Positions 35,601-48,349 of a stretch of 64,000 nucleotides of DNA are shown one piece after another. The stretch is taken from NCBI RefSeq assembly GCF_902713615.1, contig NC_052172.1, forward strand, positions 13,735,327-13,799,326, read 5' to 3'. The stretch is from Scyliorhinus canicula. Its lineage: Eukaryota. Position numbers and translations under genes: made by a program. The notes under the pieces are model-generated. The model was not told the DNA's origin. It was given only the letters and a program-made list of their open reading frames with translations, and did not search any database. The stretch's first letter is position 1, and each line of letters begins with the position of its first letter.

Positions 35601-37970
35601 CCTTCCCCCCCTCCGACCCCGCCCCCTTTCCCCCCTCCGACCCCGCCCCCTTTCCCCCCCCGACCCCCCCCCTTTCCCTTTCCCCCCCCGACCCCGCCCC
35701 CTTTCCCCCCCCTCCGACCCCGCCCCCTTTCCCACCCCGACCCCACCCCCTGTCCCCCCCCGACCCCACCCCCTGTCCCCCCCCGACACCCCCTGTCCCC
35801 CCCCGACCCCACCCCCTGTCCACCCCTCCGCCCGCCCCCTTCCCCTCGCTCCGCCCGCCCCCTTCCCCCCCCTCCGCCCGCCCCCTTCCCCCCCTCCGCC
35901 CGCCCCCTTCCCCCCCTCCGCCCGCCCCCTTCCCCGCTCCGACCCCGCCCCCTTCCCCCCTCCGACCCCGCCCCCTTCCGACCCCGCCCCCTTCCGACCC
36001 CACCCCCTTCCCCCCCTCCGACCCCGCCCCTTCCCTCCCCCCCTCCGACCCCGCCCCCTTCCCCCCCCCGACCCCGCCCCCTTCCCCCCTCCGACCCCCC
36101 GCCCCCTTCCGACCCCACCCCCTTCCCCCCCTCCGACCCCGCCCCCTTTCCCCCCTTCCGACCCCGCCCCCTTTCCCCCCTCCGGCCCCGCCCCCTTTCC
36201 CCCCTCCGGCCCCGCCCCCTTTCCCCCTTCCGGCCCCGCCCCCTTTCCCCCCTCCGGCCCCGCCCCCTTTCCCCCCTCCGGCCCCGCCCCCTTTCCCCCC
36301 TCCGGTCCTGCCCCCTTTCCCCCCTCCGGTCCTGCCCCATTTTCCCCCCCCTCCGGCCCCGCCCCCTCTGGCCCCGCCCCCTTTCCCCCCTCCGGTCTTG
36401 CCCCCTTTCCCCCCTCCGGTCCTGCCCCCTTCCCCCCCCCTCCCCCCCCTCCGGCCCCGCCCCCTCCCCCCCTCCGGCCCCGCCCCCTGCCCCCCCTCCG
36501 GCCCTGCCCCTCCGGCCCCGCCCCCTCCCCCCCTCCGGCCCTGCCCCCTCCCCCCCTCCGGCCCCGCCCCTTTCCCCCCCTCCGCCCCCGCCCCTTTCCC
36601 CCCCTCCGGACCCGCCCCCCCCTTCCCCCCCTCCGGCCCCGCCCCTTCCCCCCCCCGCCCCTTTTCCCCGCCCCCTTTCCCCCCCCGCCCCCTTCCCCCC
36701 TCCGACCCCGCCCCCTTTCCCCCCCCCCCGACCCCGCCCCCTTTCCCCCCCCCCCGACCCCGCCCCCTTCCCCCCTCCGACCCCGCCCCCTTCCCCCCCT
36801 CGACCCCCGCCCCCTTCCCCCCCTCCGACCCCCCCCCTTTCCCCCCTCCGACCCCGCCCCCTTTCCCCCCTCCGACCCCGCCCCCTTTCCCCCCTCAGAC
36901 CCCGCCCCCTTTCCCCCCCTCCGACCCCGCCCCCTTTCCCCCTCCGACCCCGCCCCCTTTCCCCCTCCGACCCCCGCCCCCTTTCCCCCCTCCGACCCCG
37001 CCCCTTTCCCCCCTTCCGACCCCGCCCCCTTTCCCCCCTCCGCCCCCCCCCCCTTTTCCCCCCCCCGCCCCCCCCCCTTTCCCCCCCTCCGCCCCCCCGC
37101 CCCCTTTCCCCCCCCCCCCCCCCCCTTTCCCCCCTCCTCCGCCCCCCCCCTTTCCCCCCCTCCGACCCCGCCCCCTTTCCCCCCTCCGACCCCGCCCTTT
37201 CCCCCCCTCCGACCCCGCCCCCTTTCCCCCCCCTCCGACCCCGCCCCCATTCCCCCCCTCCGATCCCGCCCCCTTCCCCCCCTCCGACCCCGACCCCTTC
37301 CCCCCTCCGACCCCGCCCCCTTTCCCCCCCTCCGACCCCGCCCCCTTTCCCCCCCTCCGACCCCGCCCCCTTTCCCCCCCTCCGACCCCGCCCCCTTTCC
37401 CCTCCTCGCCGCCCCCTTTCCCCTCCTCGCCCCCTTTCCCCTCCTCGCCCCCTTTCCCCCCTCCGACCCCGCCCCCTTTCCCCCCCCTCCGACCCCGCCC
37501 CCTTTCCCCCCCTCCGACCCCGCCCCCTTTCCCCCCCTTCCGGACCCCGCCCCCTTTCCCCCCCCTCCGACCCCGCCCCCCTTTCCCCCCCCTCCGGCCC
37601 CGCCCCATTTCCCCCCACCGGCCCCGCCCCCTTCCCCCCCCCTCCGGCCCCGCCCCCCTTTCCCCCCCCTCCGGCCCCGCCCCCTTTCCCCCATCCGGCC
37701 CCGCCCCCTTTCCCCCCTCCGGCCCCTTCCCCCCTCCGGCCCCTTCCCCCCTCCGGCCCCGCCCCCTTTCCCCCCCTCCGGCCCCGCCCCCTTTCCCCCC
37801 CTCCGGCCCCGCCCCCTTTCCCCCTCCGGCCCCGCCCCCTTTCCCCCCCCTTCCGGCCCCGCCCCCTTTCCCCCCCTCCGGCCCCGCCCCCTTTCCCCCT
37901 TCCGGCCCCGCCCCCTTTCCCCCCCTCCGGCCCCGCCGCCTGGCTCCTCCCCCGGCCCCGCCCCCCGTCC
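32640..37970. repeat. ~5.3-kb C-rich low-complexity/tandem block (cccctcactt; cccctccgaccccgccccctt; cctccggccccgccccc) upstream of TBCB
   Basis: Extreme C skew with evolving ~20-22-bp units. Contains the assembly gap. Confidence 0.92.
34193..34350. other. Assembly gap (158 N)
   Basis: Run of n characters inside the polypyrimidine tract. Confidence 0.98.
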
Positions 37971-38018
37971 CCTCATTGAGCCCATCTCTTTCCCCCCTGC
38001 TGACTGGTTGTTGAGTAA

Positions 38019-38044
38019 GGGGCGTGGCCTCCCGTCTATCCAAT
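38019..38044 (+). promoter_or_regulatory. TBCB proximal promoter: GC/KLF box GGGGCGTGGC (38019-38028) and CCAAT box (38040-38044)
   Basis: Consensus motifs about 160 bp upstream of the ATG, in CpG-rich unique sequence. Confidence 0.55.
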
Positions 38045-38197
38045 CATCGTTGGCGCTGAGGCAAGCCGCTGGAAGATTCTGGAAACGGCGCCGCTCGAGA
38101 ACCAAACGGCCCCGTGATTCAAACCGGCAGCCCGGGGACTGAGTCGCTCTTCGGAGGCGGGAGGGCAGTCAGGACCGGGCCGTACACTGTGACCGGG

Positions 38198-38320
38198 ATG
38201 GAGGAGGGCTCATACCGGGTGGTGTCGGCGCCGGCGGTCGAGGTGCGAATCACCAGCTCGCTTTCGTCCTTTGTGTCGGAGAAAAGATTCAACCGAGGCG
38301 TCACCGTGTCCGAGCTGAAA
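38198..38320 (+). CDS. TBCB: Tubulin-folding cofactor B, exon 1
   Basis: MEEGSYRVVSAPAVEVRITSSLSSFVSEKRFNRGVTVSELK (start of the Ubl domain). Kozak gggATGG, donor AAA|GTGAGT. Confidence 0.9.
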
Positions 38321-38389
38321 GTGAGTCACCGACTGGCCCAGGGGAGGGGGATCCGCAGTCCGCCAAATTTAAACCCTCCCAGGCGGCGG

Positions 38390-38875
38390 CTGAGGGGCCG
38401 GGGCCGAGCCTCCGGGGGGAGGGGCCGGGGCCGAGCCTCCGGGGGGAGGGGCCGGGGCCGAGCCTCCGGGGGGAGGGGCCGGGGCCGAGCCTCCGGGGGA
38501 GGGGGGGCGGGGCCGAGCCTCCGGGGGAGGGGGGGCGGGGCCGAGCCTCCGGGGGAGGGGGGGCGGGGCCGAGCCTCCGGGGGGAGGGGGGGCGGGGCCG
38601 AGCCTCCGGGGGGAGGGGGGGCGGGGCCGAGCCTCCGGGGGGAGGGGGGGCGGGGCCGAGCCTCCGGGGGGAGGGGGGGCGGGGCCGAGCCTCCGGGGGG
38701 AGGGGGGGGCGGGGCCGAGCCTCCGGGGGGAGGGGGGGCGGGGCCGAGCCTCCGGGGGGAGGGGGGGCGGGGCCGAGCCTCCGGGGGGAGGGGGGGCGGG
38801 GCCGAGCCTCCGGGGGGGGGGGGGGCGGGGCCGAGCCTCCGGGGGGGAGGGGGGGCGGGGCCGAGCCTCCGGTGG
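38390..38875. repeat. ~30-bp G-rich tandem repeat (ggggccgagcctccgggggagggggggc) in TBCB intron 1
   Basis: Direct periodicity. Confidence 0.9.
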
Positions 38876-39159
38876 GGGGCGAGTCCGGTTAACAGAAGGG
38901 GCGGGACCCTGGAGACGGGGCTGATTGTTTATGGGCGGGGCCCGCGGGGGGCTAAGGGCGGGGCGGGGAACTTCGGGAGTAGGCGGAGTTAACGCATTAA
39001 CACTGCCGTCCGGTCCTGCGCCGACTCGGGTCGGGGCTAATTTATGGTGGGTGGGGTGGGGCTTCGGGATCAGATTCTCGTAGTCGGGTTTTAAAGTCGC
39101 GCATGCGATCCTTGCCTCATTGACATGTGTCAAGTCCCAGTGCCCACAGAATCAAATAA

Positions 39160-40620
39160 TTTATAGTTCAGAAGGAGGCCTTTAGGCCCATCGAGTCTGC
39201 ACCAGCCCTTGGAAAGAGCACTCTACCTAAGCTCATACCTCCACTGTGTCCCAGTAACCCCCCCTAACCTTTTTGGACTCTGAAAGGGCAAGTTAGCATG
39301 GCCAATCCACCTAACTTGGACATATTTGGACTGTGGGAGGAAACCGGAGCACCCGGAGAAAACCCACGCAGACACAGGGAGAACGTGAGGACTCTGCACA
39401 GACAGTGACCCAAGCTTGGAATCGAAGCTGGAGCTTGGAAGCAACAGTGATAACCACTGTGCTGCCATGCCACCCAGCTAGGGGTGTGGTGCCAGCTATC
39501 CAATCACCAAAATCTCACCTTCCCAAGTGTGCTCTCTTCCTCGCAGCTCACGCAGCTTGCCATAGATCAATGGGCGGCCAGGAGAAATGTTTCAAAGATA
39601 CCCTGAAAGCATATTTTTGAATAATAATAACCTTTTATTGTCACAAGTAGGCTTACATTAGTAATCTTTATTGTCACAAGTGGGGTTACATTAACACTGC
39701 AATGAAGTTACTATGAAAAGCCCCTAGTCACCATATTCTGGCGCCTGTTTGGGAGAATTCCGAATGTTCAAATTACCTAATAGCACGTCTTTCGGGACTT
39801 GTGGGAGGAAACTGGGGCACCCAGAGGACACCCATGCAGACACGGGGAGAACATGCAGACTCCACACAGGCAGTGACCCAAGCCGGGAAATGAACTGGGA
39901 CCCTGTGTTGTGAAGTCATAGTGCTAACTACTGTGGGTTTCCTTTGACCTTAGAAGCAGAGAAGAGTGTGCTCTGGGCACATTCAGGAGTAAAAAGAAAC
40001 CTCTAAGGCGTGCAACCCCCCCCCCCATATTGACCACCGATTAACCATAAGACGTAGGAGCAGAGTTTGTCCACTCAGCCATCAAGTCTGCTCCGCCATT
40101 CAATCATGGCTAGTATTTTTCTCATCCCCATTCTCCTGCTTTCTCCCTATAACTCCTGATCCCTTTATACTTTTTAAAATACATTTAGAGTACCCAATTC
40201 ATTTTTTCCAATTAAGGGGCAATTAAACGTGGTCAATCCACCTAACCTGCACATCTTTGGGTTGTGGGGAGCGTAACCCACGCAAACACGGGGAGACTGT
40301 GGAAACTTGACACGGACAGTGACCCAGAGCCGGGATCGAACCTGGGACGTCGGCACCATGAGACAGCAGTGCTAACCACTGTGCCACCACGCTGCCCTTG
40401 ATCCCCTTATTAATCATGAACCTATCTTTGTCTTCAAGACACTCAGTGATTTGGTCTCCACAGCCTTTTGGGGCAAAGACGTCCACAGATTCACCACCCT
40501 CTGGCTGAAGAAATTCCTCCTCATCTCTATTTTAAAGGATGGTGCCTTCAGTCCGAGATTGTGTCCTCTGGTTCTAGTTTTCCTACAAGTGGAAACATCC
40601 TCTGCACGTCCACTCTATCA
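39160..40620 (-). mobile_element. Nested SINE and CR1 3'-end fragments
   Basis: V-SINE copies at about 39165-39470, 39660-39935 and 40175-40400. The last sits inside a CR1 3' fragment (40050-40620). Confidence 0.78.
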
Positions 40621-41095
40621 ACTGACTGAGTGCTTCCCAACATTATTTCTGTAATTAGTCTTGCGCTCTTTATTCACAGCTAAAAGCTAACTAAGCTATC
40701 TCTTTGCTTAAAGGAAAGCTTTTGTATGCATCAGGATGAGGCAAACATTGCGATATGGGACCATTTTTCCACTTTTAAGTATATGATGTCAGCATTGCAA
40801 AGTTCAGATTATGTGCCGATCAATCTACCCTATCTCAACTGGTTTCTCAAAGAAAACGTTACAGACGTGCCATTCTAAATATCTGCCTCAAATCAGTAGA
40901 ACACCAATTTATTTGGGGAAAATTAGGGGGATGAAGCACTGACCTACAGCCACTGTGAAAGCAAGCATACATATTAATGTACAAATCAGGAGCACGGGTA
41001 GGCCACTGACCCCATCAGGCCTGTTCTGCGATTCAATTTGATCATGGCTGATCTGATTTTAACCTCAACGTTACATTCCTGCCTACTCCCTATAA

Positions 41096-41561
41096 CAGGG
41101 GTGGGCAAACTACGGCCCGCGGGCCGCATGCGGCCCGCCAAAGGTCTTTATGCGGCCCACCAAGATCAAGTCATAAAAAAAAAATTTTTTTTTTTTAAAT
41201 GTTTTTTTTATAAGGTTAATGGGGGGGGCTGTTGGGTTACTGGTATAGGGTGGATACGTTGACTTGAGTAGGGTGATCATTGCTCGGCACAACATCGAGG
41301 GCCGGAGGGCCTGTTCTGTGCTGTACTGTTCTATGTTCTGTGTTCTATATGAGGCGCCCAGAATCATAACCGGGTGAAGCGCCATTTTTGAAAAGTAGAC
41401 AAAAAGAGGGCTAAAGGCAGGATGCCCCCGGGGGAAGCGCTGAGGTATATGCCGCACGCTAATTGGTTACAACCGGGACTATTAATTAATATACTATGCA
41501 GCCCTTTAAAATTGTGAATTTCTGAATGTGGCCCTTGCACGGAAAAGTTTGCCCACCCCTG
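41096..41561. mobile_element. Non-autonomous hAT (Charlie-like) DNA transposon / MITE
   Basis: Perfect 16-bp TIRs CAGGGGTGGGCAAACT...AGTTTGCCCACCCCTG and a perfect 8-bp TSD CCCTATAA (41088-41095 and 41562-41569). Confidence 0.92.
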
Positions 41562-43101
41562 CCCTATAACCTTTCACCCCCTTGCTTATTAAGAATCTAT
41601 CTACCTCTGGCTTAACGATATTCAAGGACTCTGCCTCAAACAGCTTTTGAGGAAGAGAATTCCAAGAATCTCTGCCCCTATTTTGAATCAGTGACCCCGA
41701 GTTTTCTATTCTGCCAGAAGAGGAAACATCCTTTCCACCCAACTCCCCTCAGGATCTCAGCTGTGTGCAGTTCTGTGCACTGCAGCACAGGGTTATCCTG
41801 TTCTTGGGTACTGACGAAAGATATGGGCATCTGGTGGGACAGGTCAACATTTTGAAATGGATACTTTCGATAAAGTTAAAGATTGGAGTCGAGAAGGACA
41901 TTTAACCAGGAGAATCGGGCAGAATCAAAGAACTAATTGATCGCTTCCTACATTACAACAGGGGCTCAAAAGTACTTCATTGGATGTGGAGCACTTTGAG
42001 ATGACTCGTAGTCCTGAGAAGTGCAATATAAATGGAAGTCTTTATTTTGCTTCTCCCTCCTTAGCTTTAATGTTGAAGCAAAAATCCTGCTTGATGGATG
42101 TGATTTGGTATTAATTGAGAGCTAAATATACAGAATTAACAATGTGCTGTTGGGATTACTGTCTCCTGTGAAATGCATAGCCACACTGCAGTCTGGAACA
42201 CACTGGACTGCAACAGATTGCACATAACAAAAGTTCTCTCAAATACATAAATTACTCTGGTTTGGGAATAGAACGGGGGTATTGATGATATCTGGATGTT
42301 CTGTCTTTGCACTTTTAAACTATATTTACTCAAGATGTGGAAAAAAAAAAGTTTATTTTAATGTTGGCCTGTAAGCCTAATGTTTTCACAAGTATTTTTC
42401 TGGAAATAAAAGAATGCTTACACAGGTTAGGTGCTAATTTGTGAGCTTTGCTTTCCCAGGATCTGTACGTTTTGAGAGTCTGTCGTAGAACTTGCACATT
42501 CCTTCACACCCATTGTTTTGGAAAGTCGTTGGTTACTCTCTTGCTGTGGAATCCACAACAATTTAAACTTGTGTTCACCCTTAATGTCGTAAAACATCCC
42601 AGGACACTTCACCGGAGCATTATGAAACACCGTATGAGTGAGCCACATGGGGAGACATTGGGTCAGATAACGCAACGCTCAATGAAAGAGATAAAAGTGG
42701 TGGGTGTTGGACAGGCAGTCATATATTTGTAACTCAGAAGGCTGCCAAAAGCATAATCACCTCTGTGGAGTTGGGTCACAGAACAGGCTCGAGGAGCTGG
42801 CTGGGCTATTGCTGTTCTCATGTGCTCTGTGAGGTGTGTGCATGTGCAACATTCCAGAAGGTACCATGCAAGCTGCTCACAAGTTGTTCCATTCAAGATA
42901 ATGCATGTGTGATTCAAAATTGAATAGGTACCATGCAAAAAGGTAACAGGGAAAATTGGCTCGAATGATGCAATGAAGAGAGTAGTTGAGAATTAGTTTT
43001 AAGCCATATGACCCCACTTCTATGGATATCCAGTTTCTGTTAAATCCTCTATGTTGTGAGGAACCTGTTTTTAAAACCTTGCTGTTCTTTGTTTACAACA
43101 G

Positions 43102-43245
43102 TGCAAATTGGAGCTGATTGTGGGCTCTCCAGCCTCCTGCATGGAGCTGCAGCTATTCAGTCCAGATGACAAATTCATTGGCTTGCTGAACCAAGATGAT
43201 GCATTGCTGGGTTCCTATCCAATTGATGACCGCTGCCGAATACAT
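43102..43245 (+). CDS. TBCB: TBCB exon 2
   Basis: Acceptor tttacaacag|, peptide [19 protein letters not shown]...[15 protein letters not shown], donor CAT|GTGAGT. Confidence 0.93.
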
Positions 43246-44149
43246 GTGAGTATAGCACAGTCACAACTATTTTCAGTAAACTCATTGAATGTGAACCTCA
43301 ATCGTTTAGTCCAATAAAAGGACCTTTTTAAAAAAAAGAAAAATCTACTTTTTCATATTCCTTTCGTTCTAATTGCCCTTGATCCCATCAAGTGCCTTTT
43401 CAATCTTCCTTGCCCACATTATCACCTTTTAAAAAAATTCATTTATGGTATGTGGGTGTTGCTGGCCAGGCCAACATTGGTTCGCCATCCCTAATTGCCC
43501 CTTGAGAAGGTGGTGGTGAGGTGGCTTATTGAACTGCTGCAGACCATCTGTAGGTACACCCACAGTGCTGTCAGGAAGGGAATCCAGGATTGTGACCCAG
43601 CGGTAGTGAAGAAAAGGTGATTATAGTTCCAGTGAGTGGCTTGAAGGGGAATTTTCAGGTTGTAGTGTTGCTTTCTCTAATTTCAGCCTTTGAACACCAT
43701 CTAGGCTGGTACGTGAAAGCAGAATTAATCTAATTCTCCACACTTGTGTCTGTTCTTCTTTCAGATGTGATGTTAGATTAATAACGAATTTATGTATTTT
43801 CATATCCCTGGCTCTATTTGAAGTTGTTCAGGAAACTACTGTTATTTGCATCACTATTATCCAACCAAAACCCACTAAATTGTTGTTTGATGTATTGCTG
43901 AGAAGAGACACATCGGAACTTTTAGTCTTGCACTAATCATGACACTTACAAGAAGGGACTTATGGTGACACCATGTAAAGACGACACACAAAGAGTGTCT
44001 TTGTATTTGATGCTTTTTACCCGTTTTTTTTTCCGGGTTTTCGGAGCCCAAGCCCAGTGAGTTGAGGAGGTGAACTCTTTCCTGACAGAGGTATGTCGAA
44101 ATCATGGACAAAGAAGCCCAATGTTAAAAAGGCTCAGGAGGGAAGCCCA

Positions 44150-44700
44150 TCGATGGAAGGTGAAGGAGGGAAGATGGCCGTCACGACACTACATTAAACA
44201 CGTTGGTTGCGGTAATGGTGCAGGAGCTTAAAAGGTCGACAAACGAATGGACAGGCAGCCCGAGGGGCAGGGCCAGCAAATTCAGGAATCTTTTAAAGCC
44301 ACTAGCGAAGCGGCTTTGGGCCTGATCCATGAACAGTTGATACGAACTTCGAAAGTGGTGCAGGCACAAGGCAAGACCTTAAAAGGGGTCAAGGGGGCCT
44401 TGTCAAAGCATGAGGATAGGCTTGCCTCAATGGAGGCAGAGCTGCTAATGGTGGTGGAAAGTAAAAAAGGCTTAAGACTCAAATTGGAGGACCTCGAGAA
44501 AACGTCATGGTGGTTAAACCTTGGGTTGGTGGGGCTGCTAGAGGGAGCGGAGGGCCAAAAGGCGAACCAGTATTTTCCTTGGCAGATGGGGGAAGATGAG
44601 GTGTTCTCCCCTCCAGAATTGGTCAGAGCACGTCGGGCGATCAGGCAAAAGCCAAGACCGAATGAGCCACTGCGGGCGGTGATAATCTCCAATTATCAAA
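44150..44700 (+). mobile_element. Degenerate L1/Tx1-type ORF1 fragment
   Basis: A coiled-coil followed by KLEDLEKTSWWLNLGLVGLLEGAEG and ELVRARRA...PRPNEPLRAVII, a decayed form of the L1 ORF1p motifs LENRSRRxNLRIxGLPE and ERAHR...PRxII. Confidence 0.7.
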
Positions 44701-44954
44701 GAAGGAGAGGGTCTTGGACTGAGTGCCATGATTTCATTGAATGGCGGAGCAGGCTCGAGGGGCCAGATGGCCTACTCCTGCTCCTAGTTCTTATGTTCTT
44801 ATGAGTGAAAAGGATTCAGAATATTGACCGGAACGGGCTTACGATCTGAATATATCAAATTGGAAAAGAAGTGTGCGGCCTTCAATAGGCCGAAGGCGGT
44901 ATTTTATAATGGGGTGAGGTGTGGGGCGGTGTACCCAACGCAACTATGGCAAAT

Positions 44955-45670
44955 GGCAGCACGGTAGCATTGTGGATAGCACAATCGCTTCACAGCTCCA
45001 GGGTCCCAGGTTCGATTCCCCGCTGGGTCACTGTCTGTGCGGAGTCTGCACATCCTCCCCGTGTGTGCGTGGGTTTCCTCCGGGTGCTCCAGTTTCCTCC
45101 CACAGTCAAGATGTGCAGGTTAGGTAGACTGGCCGTAGGTAGGGTGTTCTTTCGGAGAGTCAGTGCAGACTGGAAGGGCCAAATGGCCTCCTTCTGCATT
45201 GTAGGGATTCTATTATCAGAAGCTGCATGTTTCAGCACACATTCCTGCTATTTTGGTGGTCTTACAGAGAAACATATTCAATCATTCCCCATTCAAAGGA
45301 ATTTTGGGTGTCTAAGCTGATTTTGTACACAAATTACTAACTTATTGAACAATTTTGTTTTGTATTTCCAGCTTTTTAATTGAACATCTCATGAAATCAA
45401 TCAAGTTTTATGCACAATTAGCAATAGTAATTAAAGATTATGGGGCAGCACAGTGGCGCAGTGGGTTAGCCCTGCGGCCTCACGGCGCCGAGGTCCCAGG
45501 TTCGATCCCGGCTCTGGGGCACTGTCCGTGTGGAGTTTGCACATTCTCCCCGTGTGTGAGTGGGTTTCGCTCCCACAACCCAAAGATGTGCAGGGTAGGT
45601 GAATTGGCCACGCTAAATTCCCCCTTAATTGGAAAAAATGAATTGGGTACTCTAAATTTATTTTTTAAAA
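44955..45670 (+). mobile_element. Two SINE copies (~44955-45215, ~45442-45670)
   Basis: tRNA-like heads and V-domain. Confidence 0.85.
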
Positions 45671-45915
45671 AGTTTTTAAAATCCTGCATTTGATAAATCG
45701 AAAGGATTCACTAAATGACTGAAATACCAAGTGGTTGCTGGTGAGGTTTGACTAAGTCCAGATAGAAATCCTATTTTGGCGCTGTACAGAAGAACAGTGC
45801 TTGGGAGAATTTGGTTTGAGTTTCTGGGGCAGATTGTCTCCACTCACTGGCATAGTGCAGAATGGTTATTATCATCTTCCTTGCATAGGGTGATTATTTC
45901 ATATTTGTTTTGTAG

Positions 45916-46012
45916 GTAATAGACCAAAGTGGAGTGAAGATTGGAGAGTTTGAGGATGTGTCTAATGTTATAAAATATGAAATGTCCAATGAAGCCTATG
46001 ATAAGAGAACAG
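45916..46012 (+). CDS. TBCB: TBCB exon 3
   Basis: Acceptor ttgttttgtag|, peptide VIDQSGVKIGEFEDVSNVIKYEMSNEAYDKRT, donor CAG|GTAAGA. 97 nt, phase 0/1. Not in the ORF track. Confidence 0.92.
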
Positions 46013-47879
46013 GTAAGATGGCTTTGGGAGCAATGTCTTGTGCTGGCTTTTTTCAAAAACAATACTCTAACCATGGAATGATTCAGTCTTGCATTCTATA
46101 ACGTGTAGAATTGTTTTTGGAAAATGGGCTGAGAGTTTATGGCTCCATTTCTGATTTTCTTATTTAACCACTAGTTAGTTCATGTGGCCAGGTTCTCGCT
46201 GCCAGAATGCTCTTAAACCAGGCACTGTGTATGTAGGAGTCACCTGAGCTGACACATTTTAAGAGAATTGCAGGTGAAGTGAAGGAATTCACATGCAACA
46301 CTAAATCTGGTTTGCCATCGTGATCTTTTTATTGTGTTCAAATATACCTTTGTCACAAGCATTGTCTGTAAGTAGCAGATGTCTGGAAAAATAAGCTACC
46401 CATTCGGGGATCCCTTTGATGCTGACTTTCTGTAAATTGTGAAGGAGAGCCCAAGTACTCCATAGATCTAGATGATTCATTACATCCGGATAGCTTTTGT
46501 GAATAAATCTCGCCCCCACCCCCCCAAACACACACACACACACACAAATGAGGTAGCACTGACAAAGCGACAAAACACCAGATGCCAACCCGTCCATCTG
46601 ACCCATTGTCCCATTCCCTATTCCTGTCTCGGGACTCGTCTCATTTAACAATGTAATGAGATTTTGTCAGGCAGATATGAACTAAGCAAACTGCATTTTC
46701 AGCCAATGTTAAACGGCATAGTCAGCTAAACTGTGTACCCTGCCACGCTAAACCTGAAAGCTGATCCTGAGTATGAGTGACATTTAAGGACATAATTGTT
46801 TCTAGCCGCAATACAAAGTCACCAAATATTGGGCAAAAAAGAAGAAAACAAAAAAACCTTAATTGTCCCAAGATACTCTAACCCTACATATATATGTATA
46901 CATTCTATCTTACAGAGACAAGGCCACAATTTGGGCACCTTCTTAATAGTTGCCCTGGACTTTCTGCAAAAAGCAGATACCTTGGGGAAAATCCACATTT
47001 TCTCAAATAGCGTGGAGCAGTGAATCCTTAAAGCATTGGAGTATGCACCAGAAAAATGGTGTGTAAAAGGTGTATCCTCCTGATCTCTGAGGTAGTGAAA
47101 GCACTCCTGACAAACCATTTTTTGCTAAGGCTAAAAATACTTCTGAAGTTTAGCTATGACTTTAATTTTAACAATACATTTCACTAAACCCGCAAAATAG
47201 TCCTGTACAAAAATTGATATTTACAGTTCTTAGTCATTTTTGCATTGGTAATGAAAAGCTTTGAGAACTGATTCTCATGGCGGCCCTTTCAATCTCCCAG
47301 CCTGGTCAGAGATATGCAAAAACAGGGGATTGAGAGACTGGGCGCCAGCCTGGCTAAATGACTGTCCAAGCAGGCACAGTGGTGAGATGGTAGCATTCCA
47401 TATTGATTTAAAGCAGTGTTGCCTGATCTCTGCTGGGCAAATGGGAATGTGGACAAATGCAGCCTCATCATACTGTTCCCTTAGCCGATTAACTACCAGT
47501 CAACAGACTGGCCTGCTTTCCTCAGTTATTTTACCCAGCTTCTAATTTCCATTTTTAATCATATGATCACACTCTGGTTTAAAAAAAACCTCTCAATTTA
47601 TCAACACCTCTGTAAAGGGGAAATAGTAGTGGTTTCCAACAGAATCAACTTAGATCTATCTATATGGGAAGGGGGAGTTAGAGGGTGCATCTTGAAGAAA
47701 GCACAGAGCTGGTGAGTGAAGTGTGTGGCATTAGTAAGGAAGTTTCATTCCCCTCCCATTTGTTCAGTTAGCTTTTATATTATGTTTTTGAACTATATTC
47801 CAACAAATGTGGTGAGAGAAGTTAGCTGAAACTGCTTCTGGCTGTTTATAACCAAACAATTAACCGGTTTCTATTTTAG

Positions 47880-48071
47880 ATTCGATGCGTTTGTTCCTGA
47901 AACGCAGTAAACTGGGCTTGTATGATGAAGAACAGAAAGCAAAGAATGAGGTTGAACTTGAGCAGAGGGTACAAGAAGAAAAGACTTTGGCTGATGCCAT
48001 TCTAGTTGGTGCAAGATGTGAGGTTGTAATCTCGGGCCAGCCAACTAAACGTGGCACAGTAATGTATGTGG
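47880..48071 (+). CDS. TBCB: TBCB exon 4
   Basis: Acceptor tctattttag|, peptide [13 protein letters not shown]...VGARCEV...KRGTVMYVG, donor G|GTAAGT. 192 nt, phase 1/1. Confidence 0.93.
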
Positions 48072-48349
48072 GTAAGTTGCTGCTGACTTGACAGTAGAGT
48101 CCACAATTTAAAGATCTTCATATGTTTTCAAATGTAACATATCCTTTTGCCAGGCATTCGATATTTCCCTTCCCCCTCATTTTCCTCCCCCCATCCGGCC
48201 ACTTCAGCCCTACATAGATTCCTTTGTGTTGTATGTTTTTGTTGAATGAGATGAAATGTAGAATCTTAGTTGCCCCATTAGAGCGATGTATTTGTGGCCA
48301 TCTAGACTGGGAATACCTTGTTGGTTGGGCTGTTGCCAATAAAGGAATT

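Noticed and set aside
32581-38142. Giant Pro-rich and Gly-rich ORFs (up to 1853 aa; extensin/formin/collagen-like)
   Set aside because: C-rich low-complexity DNA lacks stop codons in all frames, and the ORFs run through an N gap.
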